64,000 nucleotides of DNA from Phoronis australis. Lineage: Eukaryota > Animalia > Phoronida. The DNA is taken from assembly GCA_002633005.1 (NCBI GenBank), contig NMRA01000026.1:59497-123496 (forward strand), in the 5' to 3' direction. Made by a program: the position numbers and the translations under genes. The notes under the pieces are model-generated. The model did no database searches. It worked only from the letters and a program-made list of their open reading frames with translations, and was not told the origin of the DNA. Of this stretch, positions 26,401 through 38,200 are shown in pieces (position 1 is the first letter of the stretch; every line of letters begins with the position of its first letter).

Positions 26401-29400
26401 TGTAGGAGTGAATCAGTTCTGAAAGTTTAGAACGTTTATTTTGGGGTTGCATTTTTATTAAGCCTTTTTGGAAAAGAATAGCTGAATATTATATTCACAC
26501 AAAAAAGGTTGATATATCTATAGATGTTCAGACTGTTATATTTGGTACAATAGGTTAATATACAAATGAACTGTTGAATCTCATCTTTTATGGCCAAAGA
26601 TCACGTGTACTGTTACAGCCAAGCTGAAAGTAGAACCTTCATCTGCAACACTATTCAAAAAAGAATTAGAAATTTATTCCACATTCGAAAAATATAATTA
26701 TTGTAAAAATGGATTAGGAGACCTATTTTTTCGAAGACGGTCTGTTTTTTTACTCTTTAAAAAGAAATACAGATGAGAAAAGTACATTTTTTTGGCTTGT
26801 GAAATTGAGTTTCCGATGAAATGTGTGCATGTGTGTGCGTGATGTGTCAATGGGGATTTTTGTCTTTGTATTGTGTTTTATTATTACAAAGAATGTTAAT
26901 CTAAAAATGCCTTCATAATCACTTAAAATATAGAGATGGAGAAAAGAATTCTATTAAAGGAGAATGCCACCCAAAAAACAACTTACTTTGTATCAATTTA
27001 GATCGAGTAGTTCTACTTGATAATTAACACATGTTCGGTTGCGTTACCCGACACCTGACAGCAGACCTCTTGGCAAGGTGAGGTCGACCATATAAGAGGC
27101 GATGTGGATATAGACCAATTAAGACGGTAAAAAGACTAATTAAATCGGGTGGCATTCTCCTTTAAATGTTAGAAAAAACATCATTTGATAAGGAATTGCT
27201 GAAATTTCGTGAACGCACATTTTCAACATTGGCGCCACAAAATCAGACACAGAACACGTTCACAAACAATAGCGCACTCACACGAACAGGTGATTCTTTA
27301 CCGTGTCCAATAGTCTCGTATGAACTAATATGTAAAACATAAACGAGACAGTGCACACAATTCCTTAATATTACTTTGTGGCACAACAATACCCAGGACA
27401 CGGCCCACTCTGCTCATCCCAGTGACTAACCCACACATAATGCTGACTTAAATGCAACATGGGTTAAGTTACTTGACCAGTATTGAACTATGTTCAGTTC
27501 CTGTTACAGTACACATCAACAGTAGTCAGACTTAACGCTTCATCATACTGGCAGCTCATTTTAACAATGCCAAGTTCCACATGTATAGCTGCATGGCTTG
27601 GAATGACAATGACAAAAAAGAAGAAAACTTTCCAGGTGATGTATCGTTCCACAAATAGGTTTGTGCAAAAGAAATATTTTTGGAAATCAAACAAGAGGAA
27701 ACAAACACAAAACAGGAAATCTTCTTAAAAGAGGGAAATTCCAAGCTTTGTTGCCGTCATGACGGTGAATTCCATTTGCGCTCATCCGTCATGGATGGGC
27801 ATTGTCATGGTTAATTTCAGATCATTATTTTTGGCAAGTATTGTATAGTATACATCTGCAACATATTTAATGAGCAATCAGAACAATTAGGTATTACCTG
27901 GTACCACCTGGTCCACTCTCACCATCCCATCATCACTGTTCTTACATGGCAGAAACTCTTCAACAGCGCAAAACTTCTGTAGATCATGAAGAGGATAAAG
28001 AGTAGGCTGCGTGAAATCAGCGTGCAGACAGTGTGGGCACACGCAGTATATGTCATGCGAAACCCCTGGCCACTTTGCTATGAGCACCATGATAGCGGAA
28101 TAGGCTTGAATAAGTCTTCGCCACAACGATTCAATTTTTTGTCCCCTACCAGCCAATCTGACCACATCGTCATTCCCAGTATGTTCCCTGGACATTCTGA
28201 TCTTGGAGTAATCTTTAAGTAAGTAGAGACACCATTCCGCCAAGTCACGATATCCAACAAAAATGGTCCAAAGCATTGATGCAATTTTACAATGGCCAGC
28301 TCAAAGAATCCTTCTGGGGCTCGATATGGAAAATGAAATTCAATTTGGAATTGGTTTTCCACTGAATTGTCGGGCCACTTTGTTTGCATGTCGTCGGGTT
28401 CATCATTCTTAAGGAACCATGGAAAACAAAGAAGGCCGCAGCGATCATTGTTTTCAGAAACACGAAAGCACAGCGAAAAATTTTCCAGGAGATGTACTAG
28501 GACATCGAACAAAGATTCATCGTGCACAAATGGTTTCAAAAGACAGTGGAGCATCTTGGTTGAAATGTAGCCACATTTCAAGAAATCCTCTTTTGCTTTC
28601 TTGAAGGCAATCTCAGTGAAACAGGAAAAATCATAGTTACGATTGTTGAAATTTAATCGGTTTTCCATGTCGTGGTGGAAAATACCTTTCAAAAATTGAA
28701 CAACATACTTTGGTTCATGGAAGACATACTCTTTCAACAGATCGTCCTCCCCAAACCACAGGTAACTTCCGCATCGATGCTGGTAAGAAAGCAGAGCTCT
28801 GGCAGTCTCTTCAATCTTATCTGTGGGTAAATCAAAATTTGTGAAACATCGTAGCACCGTTTCACAGAATTCCTCGTACTTAATGCAAGGCTTCGTCACG
28901 TAATACATGCTCTCCTGAATAGCCAACCACGAACCTGGCAAAACCACAGCCACTTTTTCGCAACTTTGAATCAAGTGAGACTTGAATGCAGGAATGCCGT
29001 GCATAGAACGTGAACTTAGCACAAAAATGCCATTAAGGAACTGAAAGTTTGATTTAAGTGACCGTAAATGGCTTTCCTTGCTTCTTTGAATATCATCCAG
29101 GTACGTGGAGTAACCTTGGAAGAGCGTTGTCGCACCACATGATTTGATCATTTCTTTGATTTTACGAAGCTGCATCTCAACAACAGTAACCATTCTGCGA
29201 TGTTGGTCTCTCATGCAATGTAATAAGGCATTCTTCTTTGCCACAATCTCTTCATCAGTACAGCAATCGCTGTGAGTACCAACTGCAATCACAGTAGACT
29301 TCAATGATATGGACATCAATGTATTCAACCACCGACCTGCCACATCTTTGTAATTACCATCGTCAAACTTTGACAAATCGACAACCAAAACGGCAACGAC

Positions 29401-32400
29401 ACCAGGGCAAAAAAACAAAGTATGTGCCAATTCATAAACATGATGTCCTCCAAAGTCAGAGATATACAACCACAATTCTTCATTTACTTTCCAGACATAT
29501 TTGTCAAGAACACAAGTGCGGTTATTGGGGCGAACCAAATCTGCCCATGGGGTTCCATGCATCAATGTTCGTGCTAAGCTAGTTTTGCCAGCTTCGGTTT
29601 CTCCCAAGAATACCACGTGCTGCTTTCTGATTTTGCTTTCACTTTGTCGCAGATCTTTAAAATACTGGAATATGGCCTCTATACTGCTGCCTTCCATTTC
29701 CTGCGGTGGCCTAGTTACACCAGTTCTCTTAAGCCCCAACTTACAAAGAGATTCGCACCGATCAATGTACAGCGGCAGTTTATATACGCTGTTACAGCTT
29801 ACGTTTAGCTCACGCAGTTTCTTCAACTGACACACTTCATCGGGTAGGCCGTTAATATTATTACCTGAACTCGGTTCATACTGTAACACAAATTCCGAAT
29901 TAGATACGTCAAGGCACTCTAGTTCTTGCAGATTCTTTATTTCCGCAGGGATGTTCCCTAGTTGATTTTCACATGCCAACAAAATTCGCAGTTTAGTACA
30001 TTCACAAAGTGGTGCAATGTCACTTATCTCATTTTCCGATAAATCAATCACCTCCAACACCTCCAGCTGTCCTATTTCAGTCGGAATACTTTGTATTTTG
30101 TTGTAAGGTAAGACTAGCTCTCGCAGTTTGGTTAATTTCAGAAGTTCATCAATGCCACGTACTCCACAGTTTGCTAAAGCAAATGCCTCCAACTCTTTCA
30201 GGTTTTCTACTTCACCAGGAATGGTCTCAAAATCGGGATTTTGCAGACTCAGCCTTCGTAGTTTGGTGCATTTGCCGAGGACTGCAAAGTCACTTATACT
30301 ACATCGAGGTAAATGAGCCTGTTCCAACTCTGTCAGGTCCCCTAGTCCTGCCTGAATACGAAGGAGACTGTTCTCACGTAAGTCTAGCTTACGCAAACTG
30401 GTACACTTGAAAAGGACTGCAATGTCCTTTATTTTATGATTGTAAGATAAATCAACCTCTTTCAACTCTGTCAGGTCCCCTATTTCAGTCGGAATACTTT
30501 GTATTTGGTTACTACTTATTTTCAGCTGTTGCAGTTTGGTACATTTGCCAAGGACTGTAATGTCACTTATTCTATTGTTAGATAAATCAATATCTTTCAA
30601 CTCTGTCAGGCCCCCTATTTCAGTCGGAATACTTTGTAGTTGGTTACCAGATATTTTTAGCTGTTGCAGTTTGGTACATTTGCCGAGGACTGTAATGTCA
30701 CTTATTTTATTGTTAGATAAATCAACATCTTTCAACTCTGTCAGGTCCCCTATTTCAGTCGGAATACTTTGTCGTTGGTTACCAGATAATTTTAGCTGTT
30801 GCAGTTTGGTACATTTGCCGAGGACTGTAATGTCACTTATTTTATTGTAAGATAACTCAACCTCCTTCAACACCTTCAGCTCTGCCATTTCAGCTGGTAC
30901 GCTCTCTAATCTGTTATGACCTAACAATACCTTTCGCAGTTTCTTACATCTACCAAGTGATGCAACATCAGTAATCCGATTGTAAGAAAAATCGACCTCA
31001 GCCAATCCTAATAAATTTCCAACTTCGGCTGGAATGCTGACTAATTCATTACACCTCATTGATAGCTTGTTTAGATTTCTACACTCACAAAGCGATTTAA
31101 AATCAGTTAACTGATTGTGTGAGAAGGCAGCAACTTTCAATTCTCCTAATGCCTCGATGCCAGAAGATATCTCTGTTAATCGGTTGCATGACAAATCCAG
31201 TGATTCAAGACATGGCAAGGAAAAAATCTCATCTGGAATGGAAATCATCTTATTCTTGCGCAGAACAAGACTGACAAGGCAACCGCAAAGCTTCAGTCCA
31301 TTTGGAACGTGTCGTGTGTTTAATTTCATGTCTGTCAAGTCAATTTTTTGACAGTTCTTGATTTTCCGCAACAATTCCTCATCTTGGTTTTCATTGTCCA
31401 CAGCTGAGAGGGGTTTTAATGCTTCATCCCCAAATAACACCCACCTACAAAAAAAAGTTAGAAAGAAATATTTCATTGAGCATTATAATCTCAAATGGTT
31501 TAAAGGTTATCACTTGTCTTGAAGGTTAAGAAGGAAAATAAAAATAATTGAAGTCAACCTACATGTAGTACACGTAGTACCAGATATGAGCAAGCCAGTC
31601 AGGTGAGCCCTTTGCACTGATCACCTGGAACTGTTTTTATGCTTTATTAAGTACCAAGAATACAATGAAATTGATCAGCGGAGCTAGTCACCTGACTCAA
31701 GGGTCTCACAGTGTGTCCCAATGGATTCAAACTAACGGCCCTGAGTAGAGCAAGTACAAACTTACATGTAACCCACTAATTCAATATTGTATTTTTAGTT
31801 TTGTTACGTGACACGGAATAAATGCACTGTACCTGCTACTAGCTCCTCTCCGTAGGAAAATGTCCAAATTTTTTACTAACTTCAGAACACCATAGCTCAG
31901 AAATTGTTGATGCACTGTTACCAAAACGCTATTATTATTGGTTTCAAAATGAATTGCATGAGGAGTTATCATAATATCATACTTTTATATCTTGAAATAA
32001 AAAATCAACAAACATTGCATAAAACAACGACAAATTAAATATTTTAGAAAACTGAAACATTCATCTCAAATGAAATTTGGCCATTTTGTTGATAGTACTG
32101 TTGTTTTGCTATGAATGTACTAAATATTACTAACAGTAAAGCAAAGCATTCAAATGCGCCCATGAGTGCACTGCAAACTACGTCCTTCAGAGGGTGTTTA
32201 CTAGTATCATAAAAGTAGCCATTAGATGGAGGGTGCAGAATAAGTAGAGGCCGTCCACAAATGGAAAGCATCATCATCTCTCTACTACAAATCTGTTTTC
32301 CAAATTTCATGAATATCCATCAAAGACCTCCAAATATATCGAGACAAACGTAACATATGGCTACTAGGAAGCTGAGTGGTAGTGGAATCCGTCTATCTGT

Positions 32401-33586
32401 TGTCAACTTAGTAGGCAAACACCTGAGTTCAGGAGGTACAATCCCAGATGCCAAAAAATGTCACTAGGGGGCACTGCAGTAATGAGACGCGTCTGAAAAT
32501 TCATGTCAGTCGTACTCTTGTCATTAGGAACACATTTGACAGTTTCCATTAAGATCCTCTGCACGGTTTGGCAGATACAGAAGAAAATGACAAAAACGGA
32601 CTGACAAATTGAAATGACCACTAGGTGGTGCAGAATACGTTGAACCATCCCAAAATTGAAATGTACTGTCAATAATTTGTATGCTAAATATCTTGAAAAA
32701 TCACCAAAGACGCATGAAGACGCAGCTAGGGCAAATGTAAAAATTAAATGCTGCCAGTAGGGGGTCACAACAGTAGCCAGAGCCAATGCCAGATTTATAA
32801 CCAATCACCTGCAAAATTTCACAAAGAAGTAAAAGAATTACGGGCAACGGCTATGGACACAAAAAAGGAAAATCACCACTAGGTGGCGCAGCAAATACGC
32901 TCGTGTTGCATTTTTTCTGTTTTTAAAGCTGAGTCGGAAAACAACCAAGAATGACATAGCACCATGCCGCCACTCTTAGATTATCAGTATTGGTGACCTG
33001 GGAGTTTTGTAAAGTCGAGAGAATTGTGTCTCAAATTTTAAGTTTCCTTCTATCGGCAACTGGCAGTCGTCAAAAATGAAGACTTGGGAAGTTGTTTTAA
33101 AACATGCACTTTGATAGCAGTTTTGCTAGTTTTTGCTAGTGAATCAAAACAATGTTTATTTGAGTAGTTTTGTTCATTGAGCCAGGCACCACTGACAGGA
33201 CCTCAAAATAATACAATGGTGATTATGTATCACAAAATTTGGAGTATCTATCCAAAAATGGTGTACTGACAACAAAGACACAGCACAGTTAAAATACAAA
33301 ATTGCCACATTTAAGAGTTCTAACTATGGAACTCATGTTCAAAATAAGAAGGTACAATGCAAATCAAGTGAAGACTGGGCAGAATTATTCTAATAATAAA
33401 AATACAAAAACTTTCAAAAAAGTTACTTTGCCTGCTTCCTAAAATTTTAGAGGGCTCTAAGTGTTAAAAAAAATAATTTTAACTTCGAGGTCAGCTCAAG
33501 TAACTATGTGTGATGATTATACATACATGTCTTCATCAGATTCTCCGCCATTTTCATCCTCGTTTTTGTCTGAATTGCCCGTGCGC
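23494..33586 (-). CDS. ROCO protein, MFHAS1-like: LRR-Roc-COR plus C-terminal DED-like region; exons 33527-33586, 27898-31444 (1-bp frameshift ~28215), 25651-25730, 24996-25141, 23494-23692; start exon uncertain
   Basis: More than 20 LRRs; Roc motifs GETEAGKTS, DFGGH, GTHSD; COR-like WLAI..YQHRCGSYLWF..VFHEP..FPWFL; in the next frame WPG..CVCPHC as in the MFHAS1-like C-terminus. Exon phases 2/1/0/2 are all compatible once one base is added to the large exon. Confidence 0.88.
24641..24684 (-). ncRNA. Second hammerhead copy, one stem II mismatch; sense to the ROCO pre-mRNA
   Basis: Minus strand: cttctgaggatgatgttgaataaatgacaccgaaacatgtcaag. Confidence 0.6.
24841..24884 (+). ncRNA. Minimal type I hammerhead ribozyme (Penelope-associated), core intact
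   Basis: CTT-CTGAGGA-T-GGTGTT-gaataaat-GACACC-GAA-AC-AT-GT-C-AAG: stem I CTT/AAG, core CUGANGA, stem II GGUGUU/GACACC, GAAA, palindromic short stem III (ACAUGU), GUC cleavage triplet. Confidence 0.75.
26100..26900 (+). mobile_element. Decayed L1/Tx1-like LINE 3' fragment in a ROCO intron
   Basis: Peptide remnants DWKLCF..TNVRLRWFQMRIVH, FWKRI, IFG resemble the Tx1/L1 ORF2 C-terminus; many stops; TG-rich tail. Confidence 0.55.
26958..27161. mobile_element. TTAA-flanked MITE (Kolobok-like termini)
   Basis: ttaa|AGGAGAATGCCACCC ... GGGTGGCATTCTCCT|ttaa: perfect 15-bp TIR with TTAA on both sides. Confidence 0.85.
30440..30860 (-). repeat. Coding tandem repeat, 135-bp unit (two LRRs, 23+22 aa), ~3 near-identical copies
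   Basis: tatttcagtcggaatactttgt starts at 30481, 30616 and 30751; a further diverged copy at ~30073. Confidence 0.95.
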
Positions 33587-34341
33587 CTGCAACAAAATGA
33601 AGGATACTTAGCCATCCACTCGCACAGTCACCAATGCAACTAAAAACTGTGCTGGGCGAAAGGCGAATTTTCTGAGCGCAGCTGCACTCTGTCGTTCCCG
33701 AACTTTCTGAAGAGTTCAAATGAATAAATTTTATAATCCATGTGGTGTTTTTATTCTGAATTTAAAGTTAATTTTGGTCCCCGTCTTGGTGCTCCAGCAG
33801 TAAAAAACATCGATGCAGTCTGCGCTCGCACCAAGCCAGTGGATGTTAAACTTGCTGTGATTCGCCAAGACGAAAGGCCACAGTGGCTGCAAGATGTTTT
33901 TGTGAAAACAAATAACAATACTGACTAGGGCTTACCCATGAACAAAACTGGTACTCAAAATATCGACGATGATTTATTTTGTTATAAACAAAATGAAGAA
34001 TTTGAATGAGCACACGCTTTGGAACCTGGCCTACCAAGGACTATAATGGCATCCGCTGCAGAACTCATTTTCCCTCTCCTGGTCATTAGCCATAATTCCT
34101 AGATGTATTCGAGCACCTGCAATGGATTAACACAACACGTAATTTATGCTTCATGTTCAAGTTAAATTATTGGATAAGTGAAATATGGGATATAATCCCA
34201 TTTCCATTTCATAAGCGGAGATTTCTTTCCATAACTGTCTTGGGTAAATGGAACATGTACAGGCTGCATAGATATGGGCAGATCCAAGAGGAATGAAGTG
34301 GTTACACCCCCCCCCCCCACCCTTTTCCTGTGATTTTAACA

Positions 34342-35287
34342 TCAGGGCTCAACGTAACAAGCTGCAGGTCGCATTTGCAACCTGAAATTTTGAAATGAGA
34401 GCCGAGATTTTTGTCAGCTCGTATTAAATCGCAAAATGCGTCCTGGAATTTCCAACGAATGCGGCGAACTGAGTTTTTACACTTCTCGGCCGATACCTGG
34501 CAACTACAGTATAAACCAACTCTTTTGTTAATCCGACCGTTATTTGGTTGTTGCCAAATCCAAGTTCAAAATGACACAAACCGAGAACAACCGGATCCCA
34601 AGTCCCGTGAACAGAAAAGGTCACAAAACAGCAGTGTTTCTACTCATTCTTAAGCGATCAACTTACCAAACTTTGTGATGGACAACTACGTAGATGTCCT
34701 TATTACATATACCAAATATATCCACAACAATATCCCTGATATTGCACTGCGGCACTGGTCGGTCATGTTGCAAGCGCGCACGCGGTCCCGGTAGACACTC
34801 GTGACTAAGAGATGTCAGTCTCGTTTTTATCGCATAAGACAGCCAAAGTAAAAATGGCAACCATATTAATCGCCAAATGACGGCCACATCTTTACTTTCA
34901 GCTGCCAAGAAATTCTCAACCCCCTTTACTTATATTGTTTCTGGAGCTACGCACGCGAAATGTGATTTGTCTTTCATATGTTGTTGCCAACGTACAGTGT
35001 AGGCCTACTCTAGTAGCGATTTAAGTGCGTGAACTTGCGCGAGGGCACCACTTCAAAGCTGTACATCAAAAGAGAACAGCGACAGTCGTAAATGAAAAAG
35101 TATACTGGCATAAGAGCTAGCATAATCTAAACATTTTCTCGATGATTTAAAAAATCAAAATGGCAGGAAATTTTGCGACCTGGCATTTAATTACGAATGC
35201 GAGCTGGATTTTGAAAATGCGACCTGGGATTTTGGCTAGGTCGCAAAATGCGACTTGGCGAATTTAATAGCCGCTAATCGCGCCCTG
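34342..35287. mobile_element. hAT-like non-autonomous element
   Basis: CAGGGC...GCCCTG termini; subterminal (g)tcgcaaaatgcgac/tgcgacctgg motifs repeated near both ends. Confidence 0.5.
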
Positions 35288-38200
35288 AATATCAATCTAG
35301 AACTTTCAAATTGTTGACCTAGTAAACCCCCTTTTCAAAAAATCCTTGATATTGTCTTTTTCAAGAACGCAATGGCACATAACACCATCTCGGAGGCCGT
35401 CATTGCACTCGTTGTTCAAGTTATCGTCGACCTTTATCTCTAATAATTTGAACACCGACTTACTTCTCTAATAGTGTACGAACTAATAGATAAAACACCG
35501 TAAATCGATGCGAGTGCCTAACACAGTTCTGTGAACCAGCCAGTGGTTCACAGAAATTCAAATTATCGTGCAACAACTCAAGCAAGCACAAGACTGCACA
35601 TAAAATCATACCATTTGATGAACGAATGAGGTTGTGTTTATCATCGCCCTCACGTGTAAGATTGCCAGGTTGTTCAGCCACTTCGCAGCGGCAGCAACAT
35701 GGCCGCTGGAAAAACCCACTCCGCGTAGAATCTTGACCAAGCACCTCGACCTACATTCTGCTGCTGCCGTCACACGGATGGTGTAAAATTAGCCGCGGGG
35801 ACAGGTAGGTCACGAGAGTTCATGAACCAGAAAGTGTACGTCCCTGTTGAGCGGCGTATCGTGTGGAAAAGATATCTTTGTGTTTGACGTAGAATAAACT
35901 CTTTGTTTAAAACCCATTTTGAAATGATTATTTACAACAAATAAGATTTAATCAAGATGAAAGCGTTCAGAACGTTGTTGTGCTCGGCCTAAATGCGGGT
36001 AGGCCTACTGTGAAGTAAACGGCAGCCTGTCGAGTCTTTCGGCCGGGTGCCGGAGAAGTTCGTGCCTTTGCCTAGCTGTGTTATTCGGCAAGTCTGAAAT
36101 AACGTGCCCGTATTTTTAGAACTAGTTTCATATGCCCCGCTCGTTATTCGATCAGTGGAGAAAACTGGTTCTCAAAAATCGTGCACCGTTATCAGACCAT
36201 TATATACCGATACCGTGTTTGTTATTCAGCGGCCGGGAATATCAATTTCCGACCTCACTGCCTGAAGCAGTGACGTGAAATTCATATTGCAATTTGTCAT
36301 AGTCTAAAATGTACGTCGTTCGTTGCAAACCTTTGGGAGTGCATTTACTTTGCCACTACACTCAAGTGTTGTTACATTCGAACTCTCCAAACAACGTCAC
36401 GGTGCCAGTGACACTGAAATGAGGGTGTCAACTCACTAACATTGCAAAAGCACAAATCCCAGTCGCCCCATTAGTTCAAACCACAGGACCAGCACAGACC
36501 CAAGAAACAATTCAACTCGCGAGTCCCGAAGCGAATGTCATCAGGGCAGACCCACACCACTGAGTAACAACCACAAGCCCAACAACAACTGGCGAAAACG
36601 AAGGAAACCAATTGTGTCGAAACTGTGGTGAAGATTTTCCCCATCCTGCAAACAGTCCTCCAAAAGGGAGAGACTGTCTGAACTGTGGAAAAGTTGGACT
36701 TTTGGCACAAGTATGCAGATCAAAGCAAGTCGGCCAAATCAGTCGCGAAGACACTGGTGAGCACGACAGCGATTCCGACTCCGAATACGTGTTCACTGCT
36801 GACACTGTCAAAAGCAACGTCGCGAGGGTCAATATTTCACTCCTAGAATTCATTGTAGATACGGGAGCTTCAGTGAATATTATTCCCGAGTCCATGCTAC
36901 AGCACTTTCCCGTGAGACCTACAATACAACCCCGCTCGACGAATATTTACGCATACGCACAAGATGCATGCCTCGACGTAGTGGGCTCCTTCAAAACGGA
37001 TGTGGCGTATAATGGCTTTAAATGCATGGCGACCTTCTACCTGATTCGACGAGACCGTCCCACTTGCAGCTTACTTTGTGGACAAACCGCCCAAGCACTT
37101 GGTCTCATCCAATATGCCTTCCAGTCATCCATCCCGGAGAGTGAAGAGTATTCTCCTCTGTTTTCTCTAGGCATTGGCAAACTCAAAGATGTCAAGATCA
37201 AGCTCCACATCGATGACACCATACAACCGATAACTCAGAGGCATCGACGCATTCCATTTCCCGTGCGAAAAGATGGCGAAGAAGAAATTGCACGACTGAC
37301 CGATCTCGACGTGATTGAGGAAGTCAACGGCCCCACCCCATGGATAAGCCCAGTTGTAGTAATACCTAAGAAAGAAGGCGTACACGACTGTGTGTCGACA
37401 TGAGAGAAGCGATGCAAGCCTACAAGCAACAATGAAGAGGCTGAACGACAGTGGTGCTAAGCTCAACAAAGAGAAGTGCCTATTCTCCAACGCCAGAAAT
37501 TTGTAACATGCACAACTGCGCATGCGCTAAATCTTGCCAGCAGCCCTCCATAGGAGGCACAGAACAGTTCTCACTGGGTTTTGCCTAGCAAAACACACAT
37601 CACTTGATTTGTAACCTTTTCTTCACTCTGTCAAAAACAGGATGCAAAGAATGGCATGTTTTCAATTATTTCACATAAAAAGCCCAGCAGATGAGCACAG
37701 AAACTTTATTCTTTCTTGTATTTTTGACCATTTCATTCCTACTGAAAACCAAGCTAGACTAAGAAAAATAAGGGCAAAAAAATGCAAAATCGGCACTTTT
37801 CACCCGAAAAACACCACTTCCCTGCCGATGCACGACTAAAACCAACCTTAGAGTCTGAAAGCAGTTTCCTACCGATTCAGAAAATGTGGTCCAAAAGTAC
37901 TGTCAACCAACTAGTTTTTTTGCAATCTTTCTGGCTTGTTTGAGGGCTACCTAAAATCACAGCCAATTTCTCGGTCGCTACCCAACAATGCACAATTGCA
38001 GCCGNCCCCCCTAAATCCGCCTATGTCAAAAGAGAACAGCGACAGTCGTAAATGAAAAAGTAGTATACTGGCATAAGAGCTAGCATAATCTAAACATTTT
38101 CTCGATGATTTAAAAAATCAAAATGGCAGGAAATTTTGCGACCTGGCATTTAATTACGAATGCCAGCTGGATTTTGAAAATGCGACCTGGGATTTTGGCT

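Noticed and set aside
28078-28215. ORF-track C-terminus of the 1132-aa protein (ITPRSECPG...SWCS) and the idea of programmed frameshifting
   Set aside because: Family-like sequence continues in another frame; there is no canonical slippery heptamer, and a similar 1-bp loss in SLC1 points to assembly error.
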